A stretch of DNA of 25,743 nucleotides, taken from Gemmatimonadota bacterium. Lineage in GTDB: Bacteria; Gemmatimonadota; Gemmatimonadetes; Palauibacterales; Palauibacteraceae. The stretch is from contig JBDHAC010000051.1 of NCBI GenBank assembly GCA_039588275.1, positions 1 through 25,743 on the forward strand. Direction: 5' to 3'. Within the stretch, counting starts at the first letter, position 1. Each line of letters opens with the position of its first letter. The notes beneath the pieces were generated by a model. It was not told the origin of the DNA, searched no databases, and saw nothing but the letters and a program-made list of their open reading frames with translations. The position numbers and the translations under genes are program-made. Shown piece after piece: positions 15,369 through 24,224 of the stretch.

Positions 15369-16034
15369 ATGAGCGCTCGCTCGCACCACAGACGTCAGGT
15401 CCTGCTCGTTCTCATGGCCTCCTCCGTGCTACTCCGCGCCCTGCCGTTCCCCGTACACGCTCAAGAATCTCCCGCGGCCGGGACCTCCACCGATCCGCCA
15501 GACCGATTCGCCACCACAGCCGCGCTCGGCCTCATGATCTTTCACAGACCGGAGGGCCATCACTTCGCGGAAGACCACCTGTCCTGGCTCGGGCTCGCGG
15601 CGCAGGGCGGGATCGAGTGGCTGGCGCTGATACGAGAGCCGAACGCGGCCATCGCGCTACGAGCCGACCTGGTCCTCAGCTTGGTGCCGAGTAACGGCCA
15701 CGACCATTCTCACGCGCCCGGTCCGTTCCTGGGCCACGGTTCCGTCAGGTGGCTGTTCATCACGGGCCTTCCCGTGAGCATCAGGCTCGGGGCCAGGAGC
15801 TCGAGGAGCGAAGCTCACCCCTACTTCCTGGCCGGTGGAGGACCGTACGTGGCCTCGCACAAGAGTGTCGAGAACACTCTGTCGTGGGGCTGGGCGGGCG
15901 GATTCGGCTACGCGGTCCCGATCGCCCGGAAGACGGTCTTCTTCGAGGCGAGGGTGCATCTGTTGCCGGGAGCCATGCCCGATGACGCGGAGACGCTGTG
16001 GGTGCTGCCGCTCACGGCCGGGGTGTACTTCTGA
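15369..16034 (+). CDS. Putative outer-membrane beta-barrel protein
   Basis: Signal peptide ending VHA; PYFLAGGGPY, GWAGGFGY, FFEARVH; C-terminal AGVYF. Start uncertain. Confidence 0.75.
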   Translation: MSARSHHRRQVLLVLMASSVLLRALPFPVHAQESPAAGTSTDPPDRFATTAALGLMIFHRPEGHHFAEDHLSWLGLAAQGGIEWLALIREPNAAIALRADLVLSLVPSNGHDHSHAPGPFLGHGSVRWLFITGLPVSIRLGARSSRSEAHPYFLAGGGPYVASHKSVENTLSWGWAGGFGYAVPIARKTVFFEARVHLLPGAMPDDAETLWVLPLTAGVYF

Positions 16035-16252
16035 TGCATCCGTCAACCGGCCTCCGGGGGCTTACCCCGATCCTCGCACTGATCGCCATTGCCTGGGACG
16101 GCCTTTTCGGGGGCAAGGTATGCACGCTCATCGGCGACGGGATCCTGGAATCAAGGGACGTGCGGCCCAGATACTACAAGCGGAAGCCGAACGGAGACGG
16201 CTGCGACCCCACCTGCCGAGTCGCCACGATCACCATCCTCCTGGAGTCGTGA
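16034..16252 (+). pseudogene. Probable degraded lipoprotein gene
   Basis: TGATG coupling to the upstream gene; signal-like N-terminus with IAIAW where a lipobox Cys is expected; VCTLIG and PNGDGCDPTC motifs very close together. Confidence 0.4.
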
Positions 16253-16395
16253 CGTCGCGGTTTGCCGCAAGGTGCACCGGATCGCCTCCCACAGTGTCCC
16301 AAGCCCACGGCTTCGATCGTTCTCCTTGTGCACACGATCCAATCGTCGGTGGGTGATCGACGGTCTGGTCGTGGACGGAGGATGGGGAATCGAGG

Positions 16396-16746
16396 ATGGC
16401 GCAGCGAGGCCCGGCACGGTTATCACGCCCACTCCTGGTGGGATTCGGCCTGCTCATTGGCGGGTGGGCATGCGTGAGCCTGACGGATCCCGAGGTCCTC
16501 ACCCTGTTCGTCGCGCCACAGCTGGTTGACTGCGTCGGTATCGGCCCGCAGACGTGCATGTTGGTGAAGGAAAGCCCCGACACGGATTGGACGTATTTCT
16601 ATGATGGGATCGACGGGTTCGACTTCGAGCCCGGCTTCTACTACGAGCTTCGAGTTTTGCGGCATCGGGTCGAGAACCCATCGGCCGATGGCTCCTCGTT
16701 CCGTTACGTGCTGGTGCGGCTCGTCAGCAAGATCCCGGAGGCGTGA
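16396..16746 (+). CDS. DUF4377 domain lipoprotein
   Basis: VAPQLVDCVGIGPQTCMLVKE...W.YFYDGIDGFDFEPGFYYELRV...ADGSSFRY.L. Confidence 0.85.
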   Translation: MAQRGPARLSRPLLVGFGLLIGGWACVSLTDPEVLTLFVAPQLVDCVGIGPQTCMLVKESPDTDWTYFYDGIDGFDFEPGFYYELRVLRHRVENPSADGSSFRYVLVRLVSKIPEA

Positions 16747-16802
16747 GGCGGAAGATGAGTAGGCCGACGACCGGTTCTCCAGGACGAATCGCGAAGATGT
16801 CG

Positions 16803-17171
16803 ATGATGACACACGGCGTCATCCCGATCTTCGCCCTGCTCACCGCGGCGTGCAGCTCGATCACGTTTCCCGATCGGGACCCTAACATTCAGGGCGATAT
16901 CGTAGGGGTCGGCCCCGACATCCCATTCGGGGGCGACAACACGTTCTGGGTCAAGGAGACGCCCGAATCGCCCTGCGGCATCGTGTTCACGGTGACCGAG
17001 TCGACGGACATCGGAGAGCGGCAACCCGACGGCTCGATCGCAGAGCGCTCGTCCGACGACCTGACGGTCGGGCGGACGGTACGAGTATGGGCATCGGGGG
17101 CGATCGCCGAGTCTTGCCCTGGTCAGGCGCGCGCGGCCGACATCGAGTTGATTTCGCGGCTGGAGGATTGA
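16803..17171 (+). CDS. DUF3221/YobA-like OB-fold lipoprotein
   Basis: Lipobox TAAC; DLTVGRTVRVWASGAIAESCPGQARA resembles the ESYP.QA motif. Start uncertain. Confidence 0.7.
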   Translation: MMTHGVIPIFALLTAACSSITFPDRDPNIQGDIVGVGPDIPFGGDNTFWVKETPESPCGIVFTVTESTDIGERQPDGSIAERSSDDLTVGRTVRVWASGAIAESCPGQARAADIELISRLED

Positions 17172-17315
17172 CCTCCGACACCAACCCGCCCCTCGCGGCC
17201 ACGGGATTCCGCACGGCGTTCCCTCGCTTACCTTTCCTCGAGCAACGACGACACCGCCGGATCCCCCCGCGCGGTGCAGCCTCGTGCACGGTCCTGTAAC
17301 AGTCGGCTCGGACCT

Positions 17316-17828
17316 ATGCTTCGACTCGGGATCTTCGTCATCGTGTCCGCCCTGCTCGCGCTCACGCTGCGAGGGCGCCATGCGCACCGCGTCTACCGGT
17401 ACTTCGCCTTCGTGAGCGTGATCGGACTGGTGCTACTCAACGCGGACGCGTGGTTTCGGGATCCGCTATCCCCGCGACAGCTCACGTCGTGGGTTCTCCT
17501 GGCCGGCTCGATCGTGTTCGCGGAGGAAGGATTCAGGCTGCTTCGCGGGAGCGGAGCCCCCGAAGGAGGATTCGAGGAGACGACACGCCTGGTGACGACG
17601 GGCTTGTATCGCTTCGTCCGCCACCCGATGTACGGCTCCATCCTACTCGGGGGCGGTGGCGCGTTCCTGAAGCGCCCGTCGCTCCTCGCGCTGGGACTCC
17701 TGTTCCTCGTCGGGCTGTTCAGCTTCGCGACAGCCCGGGTCGAGGAGGCCGAGAACCTCGAGAAGTTCGGAGACGGGTACCGCGCTTATCAGCAGGGAAC
17801 GAAGTTGTTCATTCCGTTTCTGGTCTAG
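17316..17828 (+). CDS. Isoprenylcysteine carboxylmethyltransferase / PEMT family membrane protein
   Basis: LVTTGLYRFVRHPMY; EEAENLEKFGDGYRAY...KLFIP. Confidence 0.92.
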   Translation: MLRLGIFVIVSALLALTLRGRHAHRVYRYFAFVSVIGLVLLNADAWFRDPLSPRQLTSWVLLAGSIVFAEEGFRLLRGSGAPEGGFEETTRLVTTGLYRFVRHPMYGSILLGGGGAFLKRPSLLALGLLFLVGLFSFATARVEEAENLEKFGDGYRAYQQGTKLFIPFLV

Positions 17829-17858
17829 GCCGGCGCTCGATCGAAGGCTAGCACACGC

Positions 17859-18716
17859 ATGGATCCCGGAATCGATGCTCGCACCGAGACGCCCCGACCC
17901 GGTCTCGTGTTCCTCTCCCTGATGGTAGGTCTGCTCGTCTTCTTCCTGGGCGTGACGTTTGCCGAGCTCGTCCAGCCGAACTGGCTCCTCGTCCAGTGCT
18001 TGCTGGTCGTGGGTCTGCTCGTGACTTCGCTGGGCGTTCGAAGAAGCCCTCGCCTGCATCCGTATTGGAGAGTGGTATTCGTCTACTTCATCGCCTCCTG
18101 CGCACTGCTGTCAAGCAGCTACGCGGGCGATTGGGCTGTTCTCGTCACAGGGCGAAGCCTGGAAACGGTGGAGGGATTCACCGCTCTCAAGCTGGGTGAG
18201 GATGCGGCGATCGTGGTCACGATCGTCGCCCTCGCGCTCCTCTCTCGAACGAAGCTCGCCGAGCTCTTCCTGACGGGCGGCCGCCTACGGCTGGGGCTTG
18301 TCATCGGGCTCTCCAGCTTTATCGGGCTCAGCCTCCTGGGGCTCATGAACACCACATCGCGAGGGGTGACCTCGGAGCAAATCCTCGGTCTCCTGCCGGC
18401 CTACGGGCTCGTCGTTCTGGCGGATGGGTTCATGGAGGAGCTGTTGTTTCGCGGGCTCTTCCTTCGGCAACTCGCGCGGTTCATGAGCGGCAGCGTCGCG
18501 AACGTGGTGACGGCAGTCGTGTTCGCGCTCGCCCACCTCCAGGTCGAGTTCACCGCGTCCATCCCCGTGTTCGTGTTCGTCGTGTTTCTTCTGGGCTTGC
18601 TGTTTGGCTGGATCATGCAGAGGACGGAGAGCATCCTCGCCCCGGCGCTGATTCACGCCGGGGTCGACATGCTCGTCATCGCGGATGCGTTCGCCGCGTA
18701 CGGCGTCGGAGGTTGA
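17859..18716 (+). CDS. CPBP (Abi/CAAX) family intramembrane glutamic endopeptidase
   Basis: EELLFRG, FALAH and LIHAGVD motifs; multiple TM helices. Confidence 0.92.
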   Translation: MDPGIDARTETPRPGLVFLSLMVGLLVFFLGVTFAELVQPNWLLVQCLLVVGLLVTSLGVRRSPRLHPYWRVVFVYFIASCALLSSSYAGDWAVLVTGRSLETVEGFTALKLGEDAAIVVTIVALALLSRTKLAELFLTGGRLRLGLVIGLSSFIGLSLLGLMNTTSRGVTSEQILGLLPAYGLVVLADGFMEELLFRGLFLRQLARFMSGSVANVVTAVVFALAHLQVEFTASIPVFVFVVFLLGLLFGWIMQRTESILAPALIHAGVDMLVIADAFAAYGVGG

Positions 18717-18791
18717 CGCTGGGGTCTCGTCCGAGGCGTCGACCCGGATTGCTCGGATTATCCTAACGGACCGCAGCCAACGCGCGGGCGC

Positions 18792-21185
18792 TCACTCCGC
18801 GCGCAGCGCGTTCATCGGGTCCACACGCACGGCCCGCCGGGCCGGCAGGTAGCTCGCGAGCAGCCCGGCCAGCAGGAGCGCGGCCGTCACCGTCCCGAAC
18901 GTGAGGGGATCGCGCGGATTCACCCCCACGAGGAAGATCGACAGCCCCTTCGTGGCGAACAGAGCCAGACCCAAGCCCACCAGGATGCCGATCCCGGCCA
19001 TGCGGCCACCCTGCCCCAGAATCAACTTCAGCACGTCACGGCCCTGAGCACCGAGCGCCATCCGAATACCTACCTCATGGGTTCGCTGCGAGACGGCGTA
19101 TGCCATCACGCCGTACACGCCCACCACGGCCAGGAGGAGCGCGATGACGGCCACCGCTCCCATGATCTTGGGCATGATCGTCATGCCACCGATCTGGTCG
19201 GCGATGCGCGCGTCCATGATCATGAAGCTGTACGCGGGCTGGTCCGGGTCCATCTCCTGTAGAAGCGCGCGGATGGGCTCGGTGAGCGCGCCCGGATCTC
19301 GGCTGGATCGAACGGCGAAGGCGAGCGAGCGCGTCTCCGACTGTGACTGAGCGAAGAACACCATGGGCGCCGGGTCATCCTCCGGTCCGTACTGTCGGAT
19401 GTCACTTATGACTCCGACGATGGTAGCCGGGCCCGACGAGAACGATAGCTGGCGGCCGATGGGATCGAGGCCGGCCCAGTGGCGCTCGGCCATCCGCTCG
19501 TTGATCAGGATGACCCGCTCCGCCTCCGCACCCTCATCTGCCGTGAAGTTCCGCCCAGCCCGGAGTGGGATCCGGAGCGCGTCGAGGAAGCCCGGCGTGA
19601 CCGTGGAGAAACCGGCGATCGGGCGCCTGTTCGTCGGCATCTCCTCGCCCGGGATCTCGTAGAAGGTTCCGCTCGATCCCATGAGCGGGAGTGGAGCGCC
19701 GGCTCCTACGGCCTCGACGCCAGGCATCGCCTGGACCTGCTCCGTGAAGCGATCGAAGAAGATGCGCGTCTCTTCCGCGGTGGCGTACTTGGTCTCGGGA
19801 AGCGTGACGCGGAACGTGAGCAGGTTGGACGAGTCGAATCCGAGCTCCCGGCTCTGGAGCGATATGAAGGTGCGCACCAGCAGCCCCGAAGCGATGAGGA
19901 GGACCATCGCCAGGGCCATCTCGGACATGACGAGCGCCCGCCGCACCCGACCCCCGCGCCCCCCCGTCGCTCCCCGACTCCCGCCCTCGACCAGACTCTG
20001 ACGTAGGTCCGCGCGGGCGCCTCTGAGCGCTGGCGCCAGCCCGAACACGAACCCGGATCCCAGCGCGACCAGCGCGGTGAACCCGAGCACGCGCGGCGTG
20101 AGGCGAATATCTTCCACACCCGGGAACCAGCTCGGCATCGTGGAGACGAGCCCCTTGATTCCGAACACGGCGAGGAGCACTCCAAACGCGCCGGCGATGA
20201 GCGACAGCAGCAAGCTCTCTGTGAGGAGCTGTCTCAGGATGCGCCCGCGCCCGGCGCCCAGGGCGCTCCGTAACGCTATCTCCCGCTCTCTCCCGGCCGC
20301 GCTCGCGAGCAGGAGGTTCGCGACGTTGGCGCACGCGATGAGCAGTACGAACGCGACCGCGACCGTCGAGATCAGGCTCCCGGCCCGGAACTCCTCCTGG
20401 TAGATGGCGTCCCGAATCGGCACCGCGTTGGCGCCGATCGGACCGTTGGTCTCCGGGTAGGCGGCGGCCAGTCCGGCCGTGATCGCATCCAGCTCCGATC
20501 GCGCCTGCTCGAGCGTGACCCCCGGTTGGAGTCGCCCGGAGACGGCATACGAGTAGCTGGCGCGTGGCTCCTGGCCCGTGAACTGGACGGGGAGCAGGAG
20601 GTCCGGCATCCCACCCAGAATCCGGACGCGCGGCGGGAGGATGCCGACGACCGTATGCGGTACCCCGTCGAAGTTCATCGTGCTTCCCAACACGGTCGGG
20701 TCGGCACCGAACCGCCGGTGCCAGACGCCGTCGCTCAGGAGGGCGACCCCGGGGGCGCCGTCGATCTCCTCGTCCGCGGTGAAGGTGCGACCGTGGGCGG
20801 GCGTCAGCCCGAAGACCTCGAAGAAGTCGGACGTCACACGTACGCCCGAGAGTCGCTCGGGCCGATCTCCGCCCGAGAGGTTGACGCCGACGTTGTGGTA
20901 CAGGGCGAGGTCGAGCGTCCGGCTCTGCTCGCGCCAGTCCCGGAAGTCGGGTATCGAGCTGTTGGCCTCGGTCCACCCGCGTTCCCGATTCGTCGTGTAG
21001 ACCTGGACTATGCGCTCTGGCTCGGGATACGGCAGAGGCCGGATCATGAACACGTCCACCGCCGAGAAGACCGCGGCGTTGGCACCGATCCCGACCGCGA
21101 TCGATAAGATCGCGAACAGCGAGACGATCGGGTTCTTGAGTAGCGCGCGAACGGCGAACCGGAAATCCTGGCGGAGTCGGTCCAT
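18792..21185 (-). CDS. Duplicated MacB/FtsX-type ABC permease (ADOP-like orphan permease)
   Basis: MDRLRQDFRFAVRALLKNP; VLLIACANVANLLL; REIALRSALGA; C-terminal PARRAVRVDPMNALRAE. No adjacent ATPase. Confidence 0.93.
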   Translation of the reverse strand: MDRLRQDFRFAVRALLKNPIVSLFAILSIAVGIGANAAVFSAVDVFMIRPLPYPEPERIVQVYTTNRERGWTEANSSIPDFRDWREQSRTLDLALYHNVGVNLSGGDRPERLSGVRVTSDFFEVFGLTPAHGRTFTADEEIDGAPGVALLSDGVWHRRFGADPTVLGSTMNFDGVPHTVVGILPPRVRILGGMPDLLLPVQFTGQEPRASYSYAVSGRLQPGVTLEQARSELDAITAGLAAAYPETNGPIGANAVPIRDAIYQEEFRAGSLISTVAVAFVLLIACANVANLLLASAAGREREIALRSALGAGRGRILRQLLTESLLLSLIAGAFGVLLAVFGIKGLVSTMPSWFPGVEDIRLTPRVLGFTALVALGSGFVFGLAPALRGARADLRQSLVEGGSRGATGGRGGRVRRALVMSEMALAMVLLIASGLLVRTFISLQSRELGFDSSNLLTFRVTLPETKYATAEETRIFFDRFTEQVQAMPGVEAVGAGAPLPLMGSSGTFYEIPGEEMPTNRRPIAGFSTVTPGFLDALRIPLRAGRNFTADEGAEAERVILINERMAERHWAGLDPIGRQLSFSSGPATIVGVISDIRQYGPEDDPAPMVFFAQSQSETRSLAFAVRSSRDPGALTEPIRALLQEMDPDQPAYSFMIMDARIADQIGGMTIMPKIMGAVAVIALLLAVVGVYGVMAYAVSQRTHEVGIRMALGAQGRDVLKLILGQGGRMAGIGILVGLGLALFATKGLSIFLVGVNPRDPLTFGTVTAALLLAGLLASYLPARRAVRVDPMNALRAE

Positions 21186-21421
21186 TTCGTGATGCCTCGG
21201 TTGGTTCAGTGGCGGCCCTTCGCCGCACACGCCTGTGGCGCTCCGGTCGGGGTCCACGTGACCGGGCTCGACGGCTCGCTCGAAGCACCCTACGGAGCCG
21301 CAGCGCGGGCGGTTTCGACCGCCGCCGTCCGCTTCACGCCAACCTCCCGAGGAGCACCGGGTCCGCGCTACATTCCGGCGTCCAGGAGTCGGGAGTCCTG
21401 ATCGGCCGAACGGGAGCCGCT

Positions 21422-22087
21422 ATGAGTCGGAGGCGACGAGGACAGAAGGTAAAGCGCACCAAGACCGAAGCATGGGGCGAGGTGGCGGCGTCGCTCGAGG
21501 GGCGCATCGATGCCGACAAGAAAGGCAGACCCGAGCGCGTCACCTTCCGCCATGGCGGTTGGGACGTCGTCCTCGACACGTACACGGTGTCGACCGGCAA
21601 CTCGAGCACCACCTACACGCGCGTCCGGGCGCTGTTCAACGGGAGGCCGGACGGTCGAAACGACGATCGCTACGGCGATCGATACGGTGACCAGGGTCAC
21701 TTCGAGCTGGGCATCACGCGGCGCAACCCGTTCCACGCTCTCGCCCGGCTGTTCAGGATTCGCGAAGCTCCGATCGGGTACGGCCGCTTCGACCGTACGT
21801 TCTTCGTGCGCAGCAACGGGCCGGGCCTCGCCAAATCGCTGCTGCGCGGCACCAACGTGGGACGCCTCCTGCTCGACGATCCCAAGGTCAAGCTGGTCGT
21901 GAAGAAGCCTGGCAAGCGGATAAGAAAAGCGGCGGGAGAGGATGTCCGCGAGGTCCAGCTGCAGGTCAGCGGCGTAGTGAAGGACCCCCGGCGTCTCGAG
22001 GACATGGTTCGGTTGTGCACGGAAGTGCTGGACGAGCTGATACGGCTGGGCCCGGCGGTCGAAGGGCCGGTTGAGACCACGCTCTAA
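21422..22087 (+). CDS. Hypothetical protein (DUF3137-like)
   Basis: W.VVLDTYTVSTGNSSTTYTRVRA; G...FDRTFFVRSN; RBS GGGAG. Family label tentative. Confidence 0.7.
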   Translation: MSRRRRGQKVKRTKTEAWGEVAASLEGRIDADKKGRPERVTFRHGGWDVVLDTYTVSTGNSSTTYTRVRALFNGRPDGRNDDRYGDRYGDQGHFELGITRRNPFHALARLFRIREAPIGYGRFDRTFFVRSNGPGLAKSLLRGTNVGRLLLDDPKVKLVVKKPGKRIRKAAGEDVREVQLQVSGVVKDPRRLEDMVRLCTEVLDELIRLGPAVEGPVETTL

Positions 22088-22107
22088 CTGACTGGAGGGC
22101 TTCGCCC

Positions 22108-23496
22108 GTGAAAACCACCCGCATCCTCGTTCGCAACCGCATGGCGCCGCGTCGAATCATCCTGGCGGCGGCCGCGCTCGCCGGAGGGAGCGCCGTGCTG
22201 TCGGTCACGCCAGTGCACGCCCAGGACGACGTACTTCCGGTCATCCTGCCGCTGCGCGAGCGCGCGCAGGTCATGGACCGGTGGCTGGAGCGTCGTCTGG
22301 ATACCGTGGTTCCCGAGCTCATGCGCCGCGAGGGCGTCGACATGTGGATCATCGCCGCGCGCGAGTACAACGAGGACCCGGTGATCGAGACCATGCTCCC
22401 GGCGACCTGGATGGCCGCCCGGCGCCGCACGGTCCTCGTGTTCTACGACCGCGGTCCCGAGGAAGGCGTCGAGCGTCTGGCCGTGGCGCGCTACGACATC
22501 GGTCCGTTTCCCCGTTCATGGGTGCCGGAGGAGGAGCCGGACCAGTGGGCTCGGGTCGCGGCCGTCATCGCCGAGCGAGACCCGCGGCGGATCGCGCTCA
22601 ACCGCTCGACGACCTTCGCGCTCGCGGATGGGCTCAGCGGGACTGAGGGAGAGGCGCTGCTGGCAGCACTGCCGGAGCGCTTCCACGACCGAATCGTCGA
22701 CGGCGAGGGCTTGGCGGTCGGCTGGCTGGAAACCCGCATCCCGGAGGAGATGGAGGTCTACCCCGCGATCTGTCGGATCGCCCACGAGATCATCGCCGCA
22801 GGCTTCTCCGGACGTGTGATCCAACCCGGGGTGACCACAACGGCGGACGTCGTTTGGTGGTACCGCGAGCGGATCGCCGAGCTCAAGCTCGACACCTGGT
22901 TCCACCCCAGCGTCTCGGTGCAGCGTCGGGAGCGAGAGGGGAGGGAAGGTGACTTCTCCAGTCGCCCGGCCGAGGACGTGATCCGTCCTGGCGACCTCCT
23001 GCATGTGGACTTCGGGATTTCGTATCTGGGCCTCAACACGGACACCCAACAGCACGCGTACGTACTACGCAGCCGCGAGACCGACGCGCCAGAGGGTTTG
23101 AAGCGGGCGCTCGCGACCGGGAACACGTTGCAGGACATCCTTACCGACGCGTTCGTGGCGGGCCGGACCGGCAACGAGATTCTGCTCGCTGCGCTCGAGC
23201 GAGCTTCGGCCGAGGGCATCAAGGCCACGATCTACACTCACCCGATCGGTTTTCACGGCCACGCGGCCGGTCCCACGATCGGCATGTGGGATCAACAGGG
23301 TGGCGTGCCGGGTCGGGGGGACTATCCGCTGTTCCCGAGCACCGCGTACTCGATCGAGCTCAACGCGGCGGTGCCTGTCCCGGAGTGGGGGGGACAGGAG
23401 GTACGAATCATGCTCGAGGAGGACGCGTTCTTTGACGGGGAGTCGGTGTGGTACATCGACGGGCGGCAGGAGGGTCTCCTGTTGATTCCTCGTTGA
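22108..23496 (+). CDS. Secreted M24 family (Xaa-Pro aminopeptidase-like) metallopeptidase
   Basis: HVDFG...TDTQ, HPIGFHGH, SIE and EED metal ligands; signal peptide. Start 22108 or 22141. Confidence 0.9.
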   Translation: MKTTRILVRNRMAPRRIILAAAALAGGSAVLSVTPVHAQDDVLPVILPLRERAQVMDRWLERRLDTVVPELMRREGVDMWIIAAREYNEDPVIETMLPATWMAARRRTVLVFYDRGPEEGVERLAVARYDIGPFPRSWVPEEEPDQWARVAAVIAERDPRRIALNRSTTFALADGLSGTEGEALLAALPERFHDRIVDGEGLAVGWLETRIPEEMEVYPAICRIAHEIIAAGFSGRVIQPGVTTTADVVWWYRERIAELKLDTWFHPSVSVQRREREGREGDFSSRPAEDVIRPGDLLHVDFGISYLGLNTDTQQHAYVLRSRETDAPEGLKRALATGNTLQDILTDAFVAGRTGNEILLAALERASAEGIKATIYTHPIGFHGHAAGPTIGMWDQQGGVPGRGDYPLFPSTAYSIELNAAVPVPEWGGQEVRIMLEEDAFFDGESVWYIDGRQEGLLLIPR

Positions 23497-23554
23497 CGAC
23501 ACCGTAAATGTAACGGCTGAATCATCTTCGGCTGATTCGGACCATTCCCGGGAG

Positions 23555-24109
23555 ATGTCCGGTTTGAGCCAGAGCTCCGCAAGTCCCGCAGGGTCATCGC
23601 CCGAGAACGGCCCGCCGCAGGACGCGAAAGGGTCCTCGCACGAGGCGAAGGTGCGAGGCGTCTTCACCGAGGACCTCCTCCTGGATCAGCTTGGACGCGG
23701 CTCCATTCCTCTGGTCCTCGTCTTCGCCCTCGGAAGCGTGCGCGGCTTCCAGGTCGGGTTCGGGTCCCCGGAAGCGTTGCCACTCCTCATCGGAGCGGTC
23801 GTCTCGGGCGTGGCCATGTTCCTGTATGCGCTCCCGACCGTACAGCTCTCCTACGGACATCGAAAGCAACCCTGGATGCCCCTGGCCGCCATCGGCGGGA
23901 TCGTGGCGTACGCGTTCGGTCTGTACCTGATCCTCGTGCTCGGCTTGTGGAATCAGGTGCGGGCTCCGTCTCTCGGGGGTGCCGGGTTGGGCCTGTTCTT
24001 CCTGCTGATGGGGTTCTGGTTTCTCCGGGGCCTCGGACGCGTGGCGGAGCTCGCGAAGCGGATCGACCGGACGATCGAGTCGGACGCGGAGTCAACGAGC
24101 AGATCCTGA
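23555..24109 (+). CDS. Hypothetical membrane protein
   Basis: About four hydrophobic segments; co-oriented with neighbours. Confidence 0.7.
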   Translation: MSGLSQSSASPAGSSPENGPPQDAKGSSHEAKVRGVFTEDLLLDQLGRGSIPLVLVFALGSVRGFQVGFGSPEALPLLIGAVVSGVAMFLYALPTVQLSYGHRKQPWMPLAAIGGIVAYAFGLYLILVLGLWNQVRAPSLGGAGLGLFFLLMGFWFLRGLGRVAELAKRIDRTIESDAESTSRS

Positions 24110-24224
24110 GCTGATCGCGGCCTCGCGAGCCCCGCTCGAGCCCGCGACTGCTTGCCCCCCTGGCGCTCCGGGAGCACGTTTTCGAGGAAACGCACACCCC
24201 GTGACCGTCTTCCAGGAGCACCTC

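Noticed and set aside
19534..21288. 584-aa Arg-rich ORF
   Set aside because: Alternative frame of the permease gene with no protein-like features.
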